NCBI RefSeq assembly: GCF_902459465.1 | Contig: NC_047066.1 | Location: forward strand, 4,402,001-4,466,000 | Source: Asterias rubens | Taxonomy: Eukaryota | Length of the DNA: 64,000 nt | Direction of reading: 5' to 3' | Part shown: piece after piece, positions 1-13,200 of the stretch | How the letters are laid out: each line of letters opens with the position of its first letter | Numbering within the stretch: position 1 is the first letter of the stretch | Position numbers and translations under genes: made by a program | The notes under the pieces: generated by a model | Seen by the model: only the letters and a program-made list of their open reading frames with translations | Databases searched by the model: none | What the model was told of the DNA's origin: nothing

Positions 1-275
1 TCTGGCCGTGTGGTCACTTCGCACTACCACTATAGAATTTCCATCCTTAAAAAAGTGTTGTTATATTTATTTTTTAAGAATTCCCTTTTTGAATGGATTA
101 AGAAGAACACAAATTCCTCATTGAAAAGCACTTCAATAGTGGCAAACTTACTTGGTAACGAGCAATAAGAGCTGTTGATAGTACAACACATTGCTACGGC
201 TCCCTCTGACGTAACGCAGTTTTTGAGAAAGAGGTAATTTCTCACTCAAATATTCAAATTTAATAAAGAACTTAA

Positions 276-657
276 AGACAGTGTACACTATTGGTAATTG
301 TCAAAGATCAGTCTTCTCACTTGGTGTATCTCAACATATACGCATAAAATAACAAACCTGTGAAAATTTGAGCTCGATCGGTCGTCGGAGTTGCAAGATA
401 GCTATGAAAGAAAAGAACACCCTTGTCACACGAAGTTGTGTGCGTTTAGAAGGTTGATTTCGAGACCTGAAGTTCTAAACTTGAGGTCTCGAAATCAAAT
501 TCGTGGAATATTACTCATTTCTCCAAAACTAGGTCACTACAGAGGGAGCTGTTTCTCACAATGTTTTATACCATCAACCTCTCCCTATTACTCGTTTACA
601 AAGTAAGGTTTTATGCCAATAATTATTTTGAGTAATTACCAATAGTGTCCACTGCCT
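276..657 (+). mobile_element. Kolobok-like non-autonomous MITE (family A), nested in an older related element
   Basis: TTAA flanks on both sides; termini AGACAGTGTACACTATTGGTAAT ... ATTACCAATAGTGTCCACTGCCT. It interrupts a related element that runs ~120-270 and resumes at ~662. The superfamily is inferred from the TTAA TSD and RR...YY ends. Confidence 0.8.
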
Positions 658-1089
658 TTAAGACCTGAAGCCCTTTTTAGGCATCTGTAAAGAAGACACA
701 AAGGTTTTTTCTTATTTACTTGCAACTCCAATGACCAATACTGAGTCCAAATTTTCACAGACTTGTTATTTTATGCATGTTCCAAGTGAGTATGGTCTTC
801 GACATTACAGAAAGTGCACCATAACCTATTATTTCCGTCAGAAGGCCCTATTGTCGGAGCATTCAACATCTTTCATAGAATCCCAACTAAGTCCTTTTGC
901 ATTTCCTTACTTAATTCCATTCTGTACTTTACTCTAGTCGAGATTTCCAATAATATTCTTGATCCGACAAAATCCAAGTAGGCCTATCTGAAAAGACCCC
1001 ACATAGCTATCTCGCAGTGGTTGACACGAAATGGAAACATTGGGTAAAGCATTCAGAAGTTGTCCTGCCATTTGGGCGGTTTTCATTAA

Positions 1090-1780
1090 AGGCACTGTAC
1101 ACAATTGGTAAGTGTCAAAGACCAGTCTTTTCACTTGGTGTATCTCGATATATGTATAAAATAACAAACCTGTGAAAATTTGAGCTCAATCGGTCGTCGA
1201 AGTTGCTAGATAATAATGAAAGAAAAAACACCCTTGTCACACGAAGTTGTGTGCTTTCAGATGCTTGATTTCGATACCTCAAATTCTAAATCTGAGGTCT
1301 CGAAATCAAATTAGTGGAAAATTACATCTTTCTCGAAAACTACGTTACGTCAGAGGGAGCCGTTTCTCACAGTGTTTTATACCATCAACAGCTCCCCATT
1401 ACTCGTACCACATAAGGTTTTATGTTTATAGTTATTTTGATTAATAACCAATAGTGTCCACTGCCTTTAAAGGCACTTGACACTATTAGTAATTAGTCAA
1501 TCTGACAGGTGTGAGAAATCAATCTACGAGGATATCCGAAGTAATTTTCCACGAATTTGATTCCGAGACCTCAAGTTTAGAATCTGAGGTCTGGAAATCA
1601 AGCATCAGAAAGCACACAACTTCGTGTGACAAGGGTGTTTTCTTCTTTCATTATTATTATCACACAACTTCCACGACCAATTGAGCTCAAATTTTTACAG
1701 GTTTATTATTTTATGCATATGTTGAGATACACCAACTGTAAAGGCTAGTCTTTGACAATTACCAATAGTGTCCACTGCCT
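1090..1780. mobile_element. Two adjacent family-A MITEs (1090-1466 and 1471-1780) sharing one TTAA
   Basis: AGGCA(C/G)TG-type TIRs at each end, opposite internal orientations, junction CTGCCT-TTAA-AGGCAC. Confidence 0.8.
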
Positions 1781-3042
1781 TTAATGGAGTTTTGCTCGAG
1801 TTTTCGATTAATACTGTTGATCACACGAAGTTTTTTTTTCATGCATTCAAACGACAGCAAAAAGGGTTGGTATAGTATTTTAATGAAATGTAACAACGAT
1901 ATGTCCAAGTTGGGAAATCTTGGAGGAGGTCGTCATCTAATTCTGGCGACTGAAATCTCCTCATTCAGTCCGTGGCAATTTCAACAAACAGAAGCTTCTT
2001 ACAATAATGTGATTTGGCATTGTATGGTGACAGATGTATTTGGTTTGCGTGAACAATTGTGATAGCCAGGTAGATTATTCTTTTAAGAACGTATTATACC
2101 ACGGAGTAGATTTTCTGAATTCGGGATACTTCTCGGTTGTAAAAATTAAAATAACCGTTCTGCTTATAATTTACTACCATGGGCGGAAGGTAGAACATCG
2201 ACCGGAACTATACTAGTACTTTTGCTAAGTGGGTCGAGCAGAATTCTAGTTCGTCAGCGGAGTCAGTTCTTCCGTCTCAAAGAATTCGACGTATAGGTAA
2301 TTTTTCTAGCCGTCGTTAGGAGACTGAACATATCGTTAGAAAACTTTTTGGTGGGGATTCGTTCATTCTGTATAAAATCTCAAGATTTGTCATGCTTTCC
2401 ACCAACAAAGTTCTGACTCCGAAGTCTGAAAATCTCCCCGATTTTTCATGAAGATGAAACGAAACACATATTTAGAAAAATAATGACAAACTCCCGAAAG
2501 ATTGCCTTTCTGTTGGAGAAGATGTCTGCAGTTAGTTTGCTCTCACTTCGTGTGTTCTTCGCCGACCAAGTTGTATGTTTTTTTTGTTTTAACCACCCTA
2601 ATGCGGGACGCTGTACGTCATGACGTACGTAGCAGTGAACCTACACCACCCGTCGCGAACTAACGGACTGCAAATCAGAATCAGATTCAGTATATAATTT
2701 TTGTCGGTGTAAGACAATGGTACATCTGCCGGTAAGTAACCCCTGTTTTGTAACATGAAGGTAAATTAACCACATTGAATGGTCTACAACTGCCGTGCCT
2801 TCATTAAAAATATTGCCTGTGGCTGTACAATTTTATACACCTCTCGGCAAATAGAACCATTTAGTTCCGGGCCTACATCAACAACCCCAGGTCACAATTG
2901 GGCAAAATCACACTGTATACCTATCCCTTTTTCGGGCTCTCAAATTTGTCTAGAATAGAATAGAATTATGCTTTTTATGTAATTGGGTACACCCTGAAAA
3001 ACTGCTGCACCCACTTCAGCAGCAATTTGTACCAAACATCCC

Positions 3043-3175
3043 NNNNNNNNNNNNNNNNNNNNNNNNNNNNNNNNNNNNNNNNNNNNNNNNNNNNNNNNNN
3101 NNNNNNNNNNNNNNNNNNNNNNNNNNNNNNNNNNNNNNNNNNNNNNNNNNNNNNNNNNNNNNNNNNNNNNNNNNN
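3043..3175. other. Assembly gap (133 N)
   Basis: Run of n characters. Confidence 1.
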
Positions 3176-5169
3176 ATTTTACCAAAATGGAGTTTATTGA
3201 TGACATTAGAAGATAAGATATTTAGAGCATTTTAGTACATATTGTCAAAACACATTTTGTGTATAAGTTGTTTTTGGGTGGCATTATTTAGAAATTCACA
3301 TTTTATACCCAATACATGGTCGGTAGACACAACTTTACATGATGTTGTTTCCCCTTTCTGAACATACATATAGTTATTACATGGTGTCTCCACCAACCTC
3401 ACTTGATTATATATTCACCATGTCAAATTTCAAATCCTGCTTATCTCGCTGTGAATAAACCCAACGTACAGTTGTGCCACCAGTTTACACACCTATGTTC
3501 CAACACCCCTTATGTATTCATAATACTAACCCTAGGACTAAACCCAACCCCAACCCCAGCATCTAACCCTAACCTCAACCCTAGCAAGTCAGTGGACACT
3601 ATTGGTAATTACTCAAAATAATTATTAGCATAAAACCTCACTTGGTAACGAGTAATGGGGAGAGAATGACGGTATAAAACATTGTGAGAAACGGCTCCCT
3701 CTGAAATGACCTAGTATTCGAGAAAGAAGTAACTTTCCACCAATTTGAATTCGAGACCTCAGAATTACACTTCGTGTGACAAGGGTGTTTTTTCTTTCAT
3801 AGTCATCTCGCAACTCCGACGACCAATTGAGCTCAAATTTTCACAGGTTTGTAATTCTTTGCATAATGTTGAGATAGACCAAGTGAGAAGACAGGTCTTT
3901 GACAATTACCAATAGTGTCTTATATTGGAACATGGGGTGTCGGGACGTAGAGTAGCCAATATGCCACCATACTCAACCTGAGCTGGACCCAATTTCATAG
4001 AGCTGCCAAGCACAACAATTTGCTAAGCATGAAGTTTCTTCCTTGATAAAAACAAGGTTACCATCAAAATTTCCACGTGGTTTTCAGGATAAGCAAACAA
4101 CAGCTAAGTACAGTAACAAGCAATATGCAACAAATGGAAATTTGGTTGGTAATCCTGTTTTTTTTCAAGGAAGAAGTTTCATGCTTAGCAAATTTTTGTG
4201 CTTAGCAGCACTATGAAATTGGGCCCAGTTAAGTGGTTTGATAGTTCCAAAGAATATCTCAGGCTACACTGTGTACAAGAATTAATATAATTAAAACAAC
4301 ATAATAAATTCATAAAACAAATTGCCCCTTCAATTGGAGGCGGGATTGCGGGCACAAACTTAAATTGACTTCTTATGGTTCTACAAATAAATAGAACATT
4401 ACAGTCTGGTTCCTTGAAGTACAAACTCTGAGTATAGAAACCACTGGTATGGTTCCTGCCACACTATCTGAGCCGTTTGCGTTCAGCATAATGAAGCAAT
4501 TTTTTTTTTTTTTTTTTTTGAGATTCAGGTTTGCCAATTCATACTTTGATTTCAAAACAATTGATTTTTTTGGTGCTGGTATCACCCAACTTTAAAGCTT
4601 TAAATTGTGACTAAGCGAGTCATTGTACCATAAATTATTCAAATCTAACTCGGAAATGGCTTAAAATTATGCTAAGCGTGCTAAAAGCAGGGAACCAGTC
4701 ACGAACAGTACACATAGCATGGTATTTTGGCTGGTGACCTTATTCTAGAAAGCAAACTTTTTTGTGCTTAGCTACTTTTTTATGCTTAAGCAGCTCGATG
4801 CTATTGGGCACTGAGTTGCAATTAAGACCAGAAAAATTACCTACTGCAAATAAAACTTGCTTAGCAGAGATAGGTTACCAGCCAGAATATTATGTAATGT
4901 ATGTTTTTTGTGACCGGTTATACTATGCTTCGAATGAAAAGAGCTGCTTGTATGGATGTTAAAACAAATGTATGTTTGGTGAGTTTTCAATCATTAAAAG
5001 ATGGAATGTTCCATTCAACTAGATATTGAAGGAATATTCCATATTAAAAATCATGTAAATATCCTTGCCCTTGCAGTCTATAAACATTCATTATTTGCAC
5101 AAGCAGTTGGAGTCCATGGGCTAATGTTGATGCCAGACACTGAACATCACCAGAAATACAAAACTACAC

Positions 5170-5930
5170 AGTTTGGACCAAAATGTGGACTATTTTTTCT
5201 CCTATTGGTGACTGCTTTACTTCTTCCAAGAAAATTTGAAGAGTCAAACATGAAGTAAGGTTTATACAATAAAAGAAAATATCTGTCTCTAAATTGATTC
5301 CCCAGACATTTTCAACGGAAAGCCCGGCTTAATAATCTTCAAAATCACCTGTGAAAACAACTAACAAGTTTGACACAGTGTGGACTTTTTTCCCCCATTA
5401 GTGACTGCTTTACTTCTTCGGAGAAAATTTGTATGGTCACACATGGAGTTAAGGGTTAATTTAATACAACAAAAGAGAATGTCCCTCTTTGAAATTCATT
5501 CTGCAGACATTTTTACTGGAAAGCCTGACTTAATTGTCTTCAAAATCACCTGTGACAAGTTTTGAGTGTTGAATTTGTTCCCCCTTTAATGACAGCTTAA
5601 CGTCTTCCAGGAAAATAGTGAAGGGTCAAACAGAGATTAAGCTTTTATACAACACAAGAGAATGTCCGTCTCTAAATTCATTGCACAGAAATTTCCACCG
5701 GAAAGCCTGACTTAATTATCTTCAAAATCACCTGGGACAAGTTTGGATACAGTGTGGACTTTTTTTTTCCCCCCAACGGTGACTACTTCACTTCTTCCAA
5801 GAAAAATGTGAAGGGTCAAACAGGGCTTAAAGGGTGAAAACTTCAAAAAGAGAATGTCTGTCCCTAAATTCATTCCACAGACGCTTTCACTGGAAAGCCC
5901 GACTTAATAATAATCTTCAAAATTACCTTC
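5170..5930. repeat. Degenerate tandem repeat, ~4 units of 185-200 bp
   Basis: Recurring TTTGGA..CAGTGTGGACTTTTT...GACTGCTTTACTTCTTCCAAGAAAA...GAAAGCC(C/T)GACTTAATT...CTTCAAAATCACCTG at ~5170, 5368, 5560 and 5742; related single units at ~11230 and ~41280-41630. Confidence 0.8.
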
Positions 5931-6065
5931 GGCATTGCATGGTCTGTCTGTTAATGCTGTGTAATGCTCTAGTCACATGTCACATAAAGGCATGATATAT
6001 GGTCATTTGGGGGAAACAGGTAGAAATATTTCACTGAGTACAAGAGCAGACATACAAGATCACCT

Positions 6066-6315
6066 GGACCCAATTTCATGGCTCTGCTTACCGCAGAATT
6101 CTGTGCTTACGACCATGTTTCCCCGCGTACGTGCAAGTGCCGAATTTCTGCTTTAGCCTTGTAAGCGTAGAATGCTTGGTAACGTGGAGAATGCACGCGC
6201 AGAAGCCAAAATTTGCCGCTAACCCGTGAAATACGCTTACCGTAAGCACAGAATTCCCTGCTTCCGTAAGCGCCGATTCTGCTCTTACGATAAGCAGAGC
6301 CATGAAGCTGGGCCC
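6066..6315. mobile_element. MITE family C with the same terminal motif as family B (second copy ~49748-49992)
   Basis: GGACCCAATTTCATGGCTCTGCTTACCG ... CGATAAGCAGAGCCATGAAGCTGGGCCC, with internal CTTAC/GTAAG subrepeats. Confidence 0.75.
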
Positions 6316-6391
6316 AGGTGTAGGCTTTAATAGACATTGCTGGCTATTCATAAACACTTAGTCAGATTCTTGCCCTTGGGGTCAGTATTAA

Positions 6392-7093
6392 AGGCACTGG
6401 ACACAAATTACTCAAAATAATTGTTAGAACAAAAACCTTCTTGGTAACGAACTGTTGATAGTATAAAACATTGTGCGAAACGGCTCCCTCTGAAGTAGCG
6501 TAGTTTTTGAGAAAGAGGTAACTTCTCACTCAAACAATAAAAGACCTCAGCTGAAGCCTTTTATTATGCATCTAATGAAAGCAAAAATTTTCCAAGTTTG
6601 CAAATTGCAAATTTGAGAACAATCTGAGCCCAAATTTTCCCAGTTCTATTATTTTATGCATATGTTGAGATACACCAAGTGAGAACACTGGTCTTTGACA
6701 ATTACCAAATGTGTTCAGTGTCTTTAAAGGCAGTGGACACTATTGGTATTTATAAGATTATTAGCTTAAAACCTTACTTGGTAATAAGAGAGGTTGAGAG
6801 TATAAAACATTGTGAGAACCGGCACCCTCTGAAGTGCCAAAGTTTTGGAGAAAGAAGTAATTTTCTACCAATGTGTTTTCGAGACCTCAGATTTAGAACT
6901 TGAGGTCTCGAAATCAACCACCTAAACGCACACAACTTCATGTGACAAGGGTGTTTTTTTTCTTTCGTTGTTTCTCACATGTTCGATGACTGATTGAGCT
7001 CAAATTTTCACAGGTTTGTTATTTTATGCATATGTTGAGATACACCAACTGTGAAGGCAAGTCTTTGACAATTACCAATAGTGTCCACTGCCT
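6392..7093. mobile_element. Two adjacent Kolobok-like MITEs (6392-6723, 6728-7093)
   Basis: TTAA at 6388-6391, 6724-6727 and 7094-7097; family-A TIRs. Confidence 0.8.
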
Positions 7094-7269
7094 TTAAGTA
7101 GAAAGAATATCATGCCTGTGCATGTGGCCTATCTGTTCTGGGTCACCAATATGGTGATTCAATCTTGAGCAACAGCCAGTAAGGCAAGGAGAGGTCAGCA
7201 CACAAAATCAGCTGAACTAGTTTATTATCAACTGACCCTTGACGACCCTTGGTGACCTTTGAATTGACC

Positions 7270-10200
7270 TCACCAAGTTGGAGCAGTGTTGGCCAGACGG
7301 CGCATTCGCCTGATGAGAAAAAAAAAGGGGGAAAATAAAGTGGTTAATATTAATTATCTAGATACAGACACTGTACAAGCTATTGTCACATTTTCTTAAA
7401 AACAAATTTAAGAATGAAAACTGATTAGTGCATTATCACAAATATAAAGCGGATAATCTTTAGTGAGGTAGATGGTAGACTGGGCCCCTACAGGGCCCTG
7501 TCTTTATCAGCAATGATAACGACAGGTACTTGCTTTTCAGATCCAGTGATTCCATTGGATACAATGTCATTGGATAAACGTGCAGTGACATAAGCTTTCC
7601 ATTGATGGGCTTTAATTGGTCGGGGTGATTTATGTGCCGCTGACAAACCAAACGAACACTCCCATCACATCTGCCATACCTCAAAGAGGCTTATGTACTT
7701 GCATGTAATACTGAGTGTAAAATAACGTGGACTAGGTAGCTCTATGTGAAATGAATGTAGGTCAAAGGTGAACGTACAGGCCGGCTTGGGGCCGGTTTCT
7801 GGCTTTATTAGGGACTTTTCGTTTTCAACGACGGATGGTTTTGCGACGGTAAAGATGACATTTGGCGTCATCTGCGCATGCGTCGGCTTTGAGGACGGTC
7901 GTCCCTCAATTTCTACGACAGTACTTGGGATGAATCTTCGTTGTGCTGAAAACGACAACGTTTAGATGAACAACCGTCGCAGAACCATCCGTCGCCGAAA
8001 ACGAAAAGTCCCTATTCACGAGCCTCGAAGTGGGACGTCAGATGTTCAGGCTAGGCAGATGGCAGATGTTCCGGTTAAAATCAAGCCACTAGAATTCACC
8101 ACAAGGGGGGCGCTATGACTCACCTGGTATTTCGATCTTGATCCCTGATCTTCTTCTCCATCTCGGCGTCTGTCAACGTCTCAAGGAAGGGGCACCATTG
8201 GTCGGCTTCTCCTTGGTTACGTACCGCAATCTCAACAGTGGGTAAGGGGGATTCACTGAGAATGTGGAATAATATATAATAACGTCATGTTTGTTTTACC
8301 CATATGCACTGATGTGTGTTAGCACTGTATACTCAGTACTTTCCTGAGCTCCGAGATTGCCCGGTAGCTAGAGGCAGTTCGAATAGAATATTTTAGCAGT
8401 GGGTAACGTTAGATTTAATAGACGGAAATATTAATAATGATATTACATAGTATATCTTAGAAATTCTTAACAATCGAAATGATTCCTTAATAAAAACATG
8501 GGCCCCCTTACGATTAAAGGAACATTACAGAATTGGTAAGAAACAAAAATCGTGAAGATCACAGATTTGCATAAAACTTAAACGGTCTAATGATGATGAT
8601 AGTAGAAAACATCCCTTGAAAAATTTCTGTTTGAAATATTTGATGAGAAATAAATAATCTAACTTTGCGTTTGGAGTTTATCGCTCAGTGAGTGCTTTAT
8701 TCAATTTTGTTTGGGCATCGATGCAATGCAAAATTTGTAATTGTTTTTCACTATTCTCTCGTGACCCAGATGGCCGATCGATCTCAAACTTCTACAGGTT
8801 TGTCAGTTAATGTATATGGTGGATTACATAAAGTGCTTACACTGCCAGCAACTGTTTTGTTAGCAAAAACCAATTCTGTAATGTTCCTTTAAACAAGGTT
8901 AACAAATTTAGATTGAAAATTATCTTAGGCATGAAGATTAAAATTGCAAAACCAGAGTCCAGAATGCTCAGGGATAACACAAGAAAATACACAGCATCTT
9001 AAAGGCAGTGGACACTATTGGTAATTACTCAAAATAATTATTGGCATAACAACCATCTAAACGCACACAACTTTGTGTTGCAAGGGTTATTTTTCTTTCA
9101 TTATTATCTCACAACTTCGATGGCCAATTGAGCTCAAATTTTCACAGGTTTGTTATTTTATGCATATGTTGAGATACACCAACTGTGAAGGCTAGTCTTT
9201 GACAATTACCAATAGTGTCCACTGCCTTGAACAAAAATATGTAAAGTGGTTTTTGGTTTATAACAAAATGCACAAAAAGTGACTTTCCTAAAAGCACATA
9301 ACTCTCCAAACAGGTTCTGAATGAACATGCAACACAAATAAATAATCTAAAAGCAACAGTTATGAATTCTTTTAAAATAAGCATTTTTAACAAGCCAAAT
9401 GTAGAGGCGAGGCTTGTATTCTTCGCCAACTTTGGTTTTAATACATCATGCCTTAACCTTAACCCCGGAGTTATTCACTAGAATTCTACATCACTCTTCT
9501 ACATCAATCCAATATCACACAATTAACATCCAAACTGTTGGACACTTTATTGGTATACCTGATCCAAAGTAAAACACCCAGTTTAATGGTGTTACAACAA
9601 AAGAAATAGAACTGGATTTTAAATGATCGAGGAGAAGAAAACAATATAATAATATTCATATTCATATTCATAACACATTTACAAGCACACATACACACAT
9701 TAAAAATATTTAAGAAAACAAAGTAAAACAACAGTGGCGTGTCCAGGAGAGCAAAAAAATATAAAATAAAATAAAAATCTGAAATAAATCTCCAAAAGGC
9801 GTATGTCTCCTAAGAAAAGTGGGTAATTGGGTTACAAATCACTGCATTTTAATCATTAAATTTAACAAAGCACAAACAGGTAAGCCTACCATAATTTGGT
9901 TTCCCAGCCAAATTAAAACATCATATTAAAATGTGACAAGCAAAGTGTTAGCCAGAGGGGTGACTGGGTGTCTTTATGGATACCCTGTTTTATCTGTCAT
10001 TTACTTGTATTCATGTATTGTACAAACAATTTAGTCGCCCAGTTTTGAAATTTCAAGCCATTATGGAAACCTTTTTACAAAATCTTCGTATCCTGATCAC
10101 GTCTGATCCCATCCCACGTAAAGTAGACACAGTTTAAATGCGCAGACCTCAGTGCAACAAAATAAAAGCAAACTTGCTGTTGGATTTGAGGGGTTGGTGG

Positions 10201-13200
10201 TTTGTAAAAAAAGAAGGGAAACAAAGGTATGTTCTGTAAAGATGACCAACCTGAAAGCATATGTTCTCTGATGCCAGCTGAGTTGCCCTCTGATGCTGTA
10301 GGCGATGGCCGTTACAAACTCACCGCCCAGACCCAGGTCGGCGCACAGCTTGAGGGCGTATTCCTCCGGGCTGTTGTCTTTGCAAGCCATGTCCCACTCA
10401 AACTGATCCACTAGGGAGATGTTTCCAACGTGGATGTTCAACTAGGAGCAAGACAAGGAAGAAATGAGATTAATAGATGTATAATTTACATCGGGAGTAA
10501 AGAATATTGATTTAATCCATAGAAATAGAACCCAGAGAACGCTGAGCTCGGCCACCCTCTGTGTCGTTTGTGGACGCAGCGTATCGATACCACGCGATAC
10601 GCGCGTATGGCAAAATTATCATCGCGTGAGACGCGTGTATGGCAAAATGGCAAGATGTCAGCGCACATAGACCGTTTTTACTGTGTTCATAGGTCAATGA
10701 TGATGTCATTGTATGGCAAAATTGTATAGCAAAATATTTTGCCATACATGCGTAACAAAAATGGCGTATGTGCGTCCATAAAAATGGTCTCACAACGAAA
10801 CCGCACGCACAATGAGACACTCAGCATTCTCCGGGTTCTATTTCAATGGTTTAATCCAAACACCGATTTATGTAAAACATTGTGCATCTGACTCTGAACT
10901 ATTAAGTCTGCAAAGCATGCTAATCACACATTTTTTTGTAATGAAAAACAATAATGAAATTTCAGTTTTAGTTGCGGGAGGAAAACCATATAGGGAAAAC
11001 CAAGGGACTGAAAAATCCAGTCGACATGCAAGGCTCCGGTCCGGGCATCGAACCGGGACCACAAGAGTTGGAAGGCAGGGACAGGACCGATTGAGCCAAC
11101 CTGACTACCTACAGGTTTTTTGACGTGGATACTCAGTACTTTCCACGACTTACTAGACCCAGAACCTCAAACATTTTACAAATAAGGTAATAACAGACTC
11201 TGTGCATCACAAGAAAATCAAAACTACCGGTTTTGACGCATTGTGGACTATTTCTTTCTCCCTTGATTACCTCACTTCTTTCAAGAAAATGTTCATGCTC
11301 ACAGAGATTTTAAGAAATCTTGAGAAATTGATTTGCCGAAACCCACATAACCTCCATATGAACATGTACAAAATCCTAAAGCATAAAGTGTTTTTCTGCT
11401 TATGGATCTACGTACTGAACTGGTACCTGCTTAAACACAGTGAGTGGTTATGGTGTCAAAATCATTTGTCATCATATCTCGCCCTCACCCCCCTCCCCTA
11501 CACCCCTCCTTCCCGACACTCACCTTCAAAATGACTCTCTGATCCGATTGGTCCTCCAGTATACTTGTGTCTGCTGGGAAGGCATCAATCTGTGTACGGA
11601 TGGCTTGGGCGATGGACTGTACAAAGTTGACTGGAGGGAGATCCAGATCCTCGCATAAAATTTCAGCGAACATCTCAGGCGTGATTAATGTCTCTGTAAA
11701 TTTAAATTATAATAATAATAATAATGTTTAAAATTTATAGTGCGCCCCTTACATACAAAATGATCAAAGGCGCAGAACACATGTTAAGAAGCACAGAGTG
11801 GAAGAAAAAGACAAAGAAAAAAGACCAGGCCGGTGCCAAAACAAAAGTCTGGGGATACCTTGCATCAAAGCCTACGGCCGATATTGGTGACTGTCAAAGA
11901 CCCTTGTGTATCGCAATAAACAAAGGAAATAACAAACCTGTGAAGTTTTGAGCTCAATCGGTCATAAAAGTCGCACAAATAGTGAAAAACCCAATCATCA
12001 CATTTCAGACTCATGAGATATAAAATTATGTTTGTACTTACTCATTTAAAGGCAGTGGACACTATTGGTAATTACTCAAAATAAATTATTGGCATAAAAC
12101 CTTTCTTGGTGATGAGTAATGGGGAGAGGTTGATGGTATAAAACATTGTGAGAAATGGCTCCCTCTGAAGTGCCATAGTTTTTGAGAAAGAAGTATGTGT
12201 CCATGAATTTGATTTCGAGACCTCAGATTTAGAACTTGAGGTCTCGAAATCAACCATCTAAACGCACACAACTTCGTGTGACAAGGGATTTTTCTTCTTT
12301 CATTATTATCTCGCAACTTCGATGACCGATTGAGCTCAAATTTTCACAGGTTTGTTATTTTATGCATATGTTGAGATACACCAACTGTGAAGGCTAGTCC
12401 TTGACAATTACCAATAGTGTCCACTGCCTTTAATTAAAAAAACTATAGCATTTAAAGCATAAATACAATACTCATATACTTAGACACACAATGAGTAGGC
12501 CCTACTACTACTCTGACTCATAGTGAGTACTACTATTCAGACTCATAAGGAATTCCTCATACTCATAGGTTAGTACAAGTACTCGCACAGAAAGGGAATT
12601 ACTCATTCTTATGGCAAAGTACTATAACTAAGTACTATTTTTCAGACTCATAGAAAAGAACTACTACTCCGACTTATAGCAAAATACTAGTATTCAGACT
12701 CGTAGCACTCAGAGTTCTAGTACTCAGACTGATAAGGAACATTGTAAGCACATCATTACGTGCTAAGCATTATCTTGATTTTTTTTCTTCTTCTGTTTCT
12801 TCTTTGGGTTTTTTTCTTGATACTTTCCGAGTCCTGTACAAAAATATCACAGGTATATTACTTGAATGAGATTTGAACCCACGACCCTTGCAATTCTAAA
12901 GCAGTGTCTTGCCAACTAGACTACCGTAATTGCCCGGTAGCTAGAAGCAGTTCGAATCCTATGTTTTGGCAGGCTTGTTATTTTATGCTTAAGTTGGGAT
13001 ACACAAAGTGAGAAGACTGGTCTTTGACAATTACCAAACGTGTACCTTCTCTTTAAGAAGCACAGAGTGGAAGAAAAAGACAAAGAAAAAAGACTGGTCA
13101 CCAGGCCAGCGCCCAAACAAAAGTTTGGGTATACGTCGCATCAAAGCCTGCGGCCGATATTGGTGACTGTCAAAGACCCTTGTGTTCGAATACTATGTTT

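Noticed and set aside
391-606. Recurring similar ORFs (391-606, 1247-1444, 3625-3813, 12086-12316, 22688-22915, 35172-35384, 38668-39039) as a small gene family
   Set aside because: They are chance frames in copies of the same non-coding MITE; stops and frames differ between copies.
8097-8115. CCACAAGGGGGGCGCTA as a CTCF site beside a SMARCB1 donor
   Set aside because: It has one G too many for the consensus spacing, occurs once, and has no other support.
12480-12740. Degenerate TACTCAGACTCATAG-type repeats as snoRNA or structured RNA
   Set aside because: No C/D or H/ACA box arrangement with terminal stems; it looks like a decayed minisatellite.
11784-13185. ~130-bp direct repeat (11784-11910 and 13053-13185) as LTRs or duplicated exons
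   Set aside because: No TG...CA ends or internal retro-ORF; both copies start at TTAA and end in family-A MITE-like sequence, so they are probably MITE-associated fragments.
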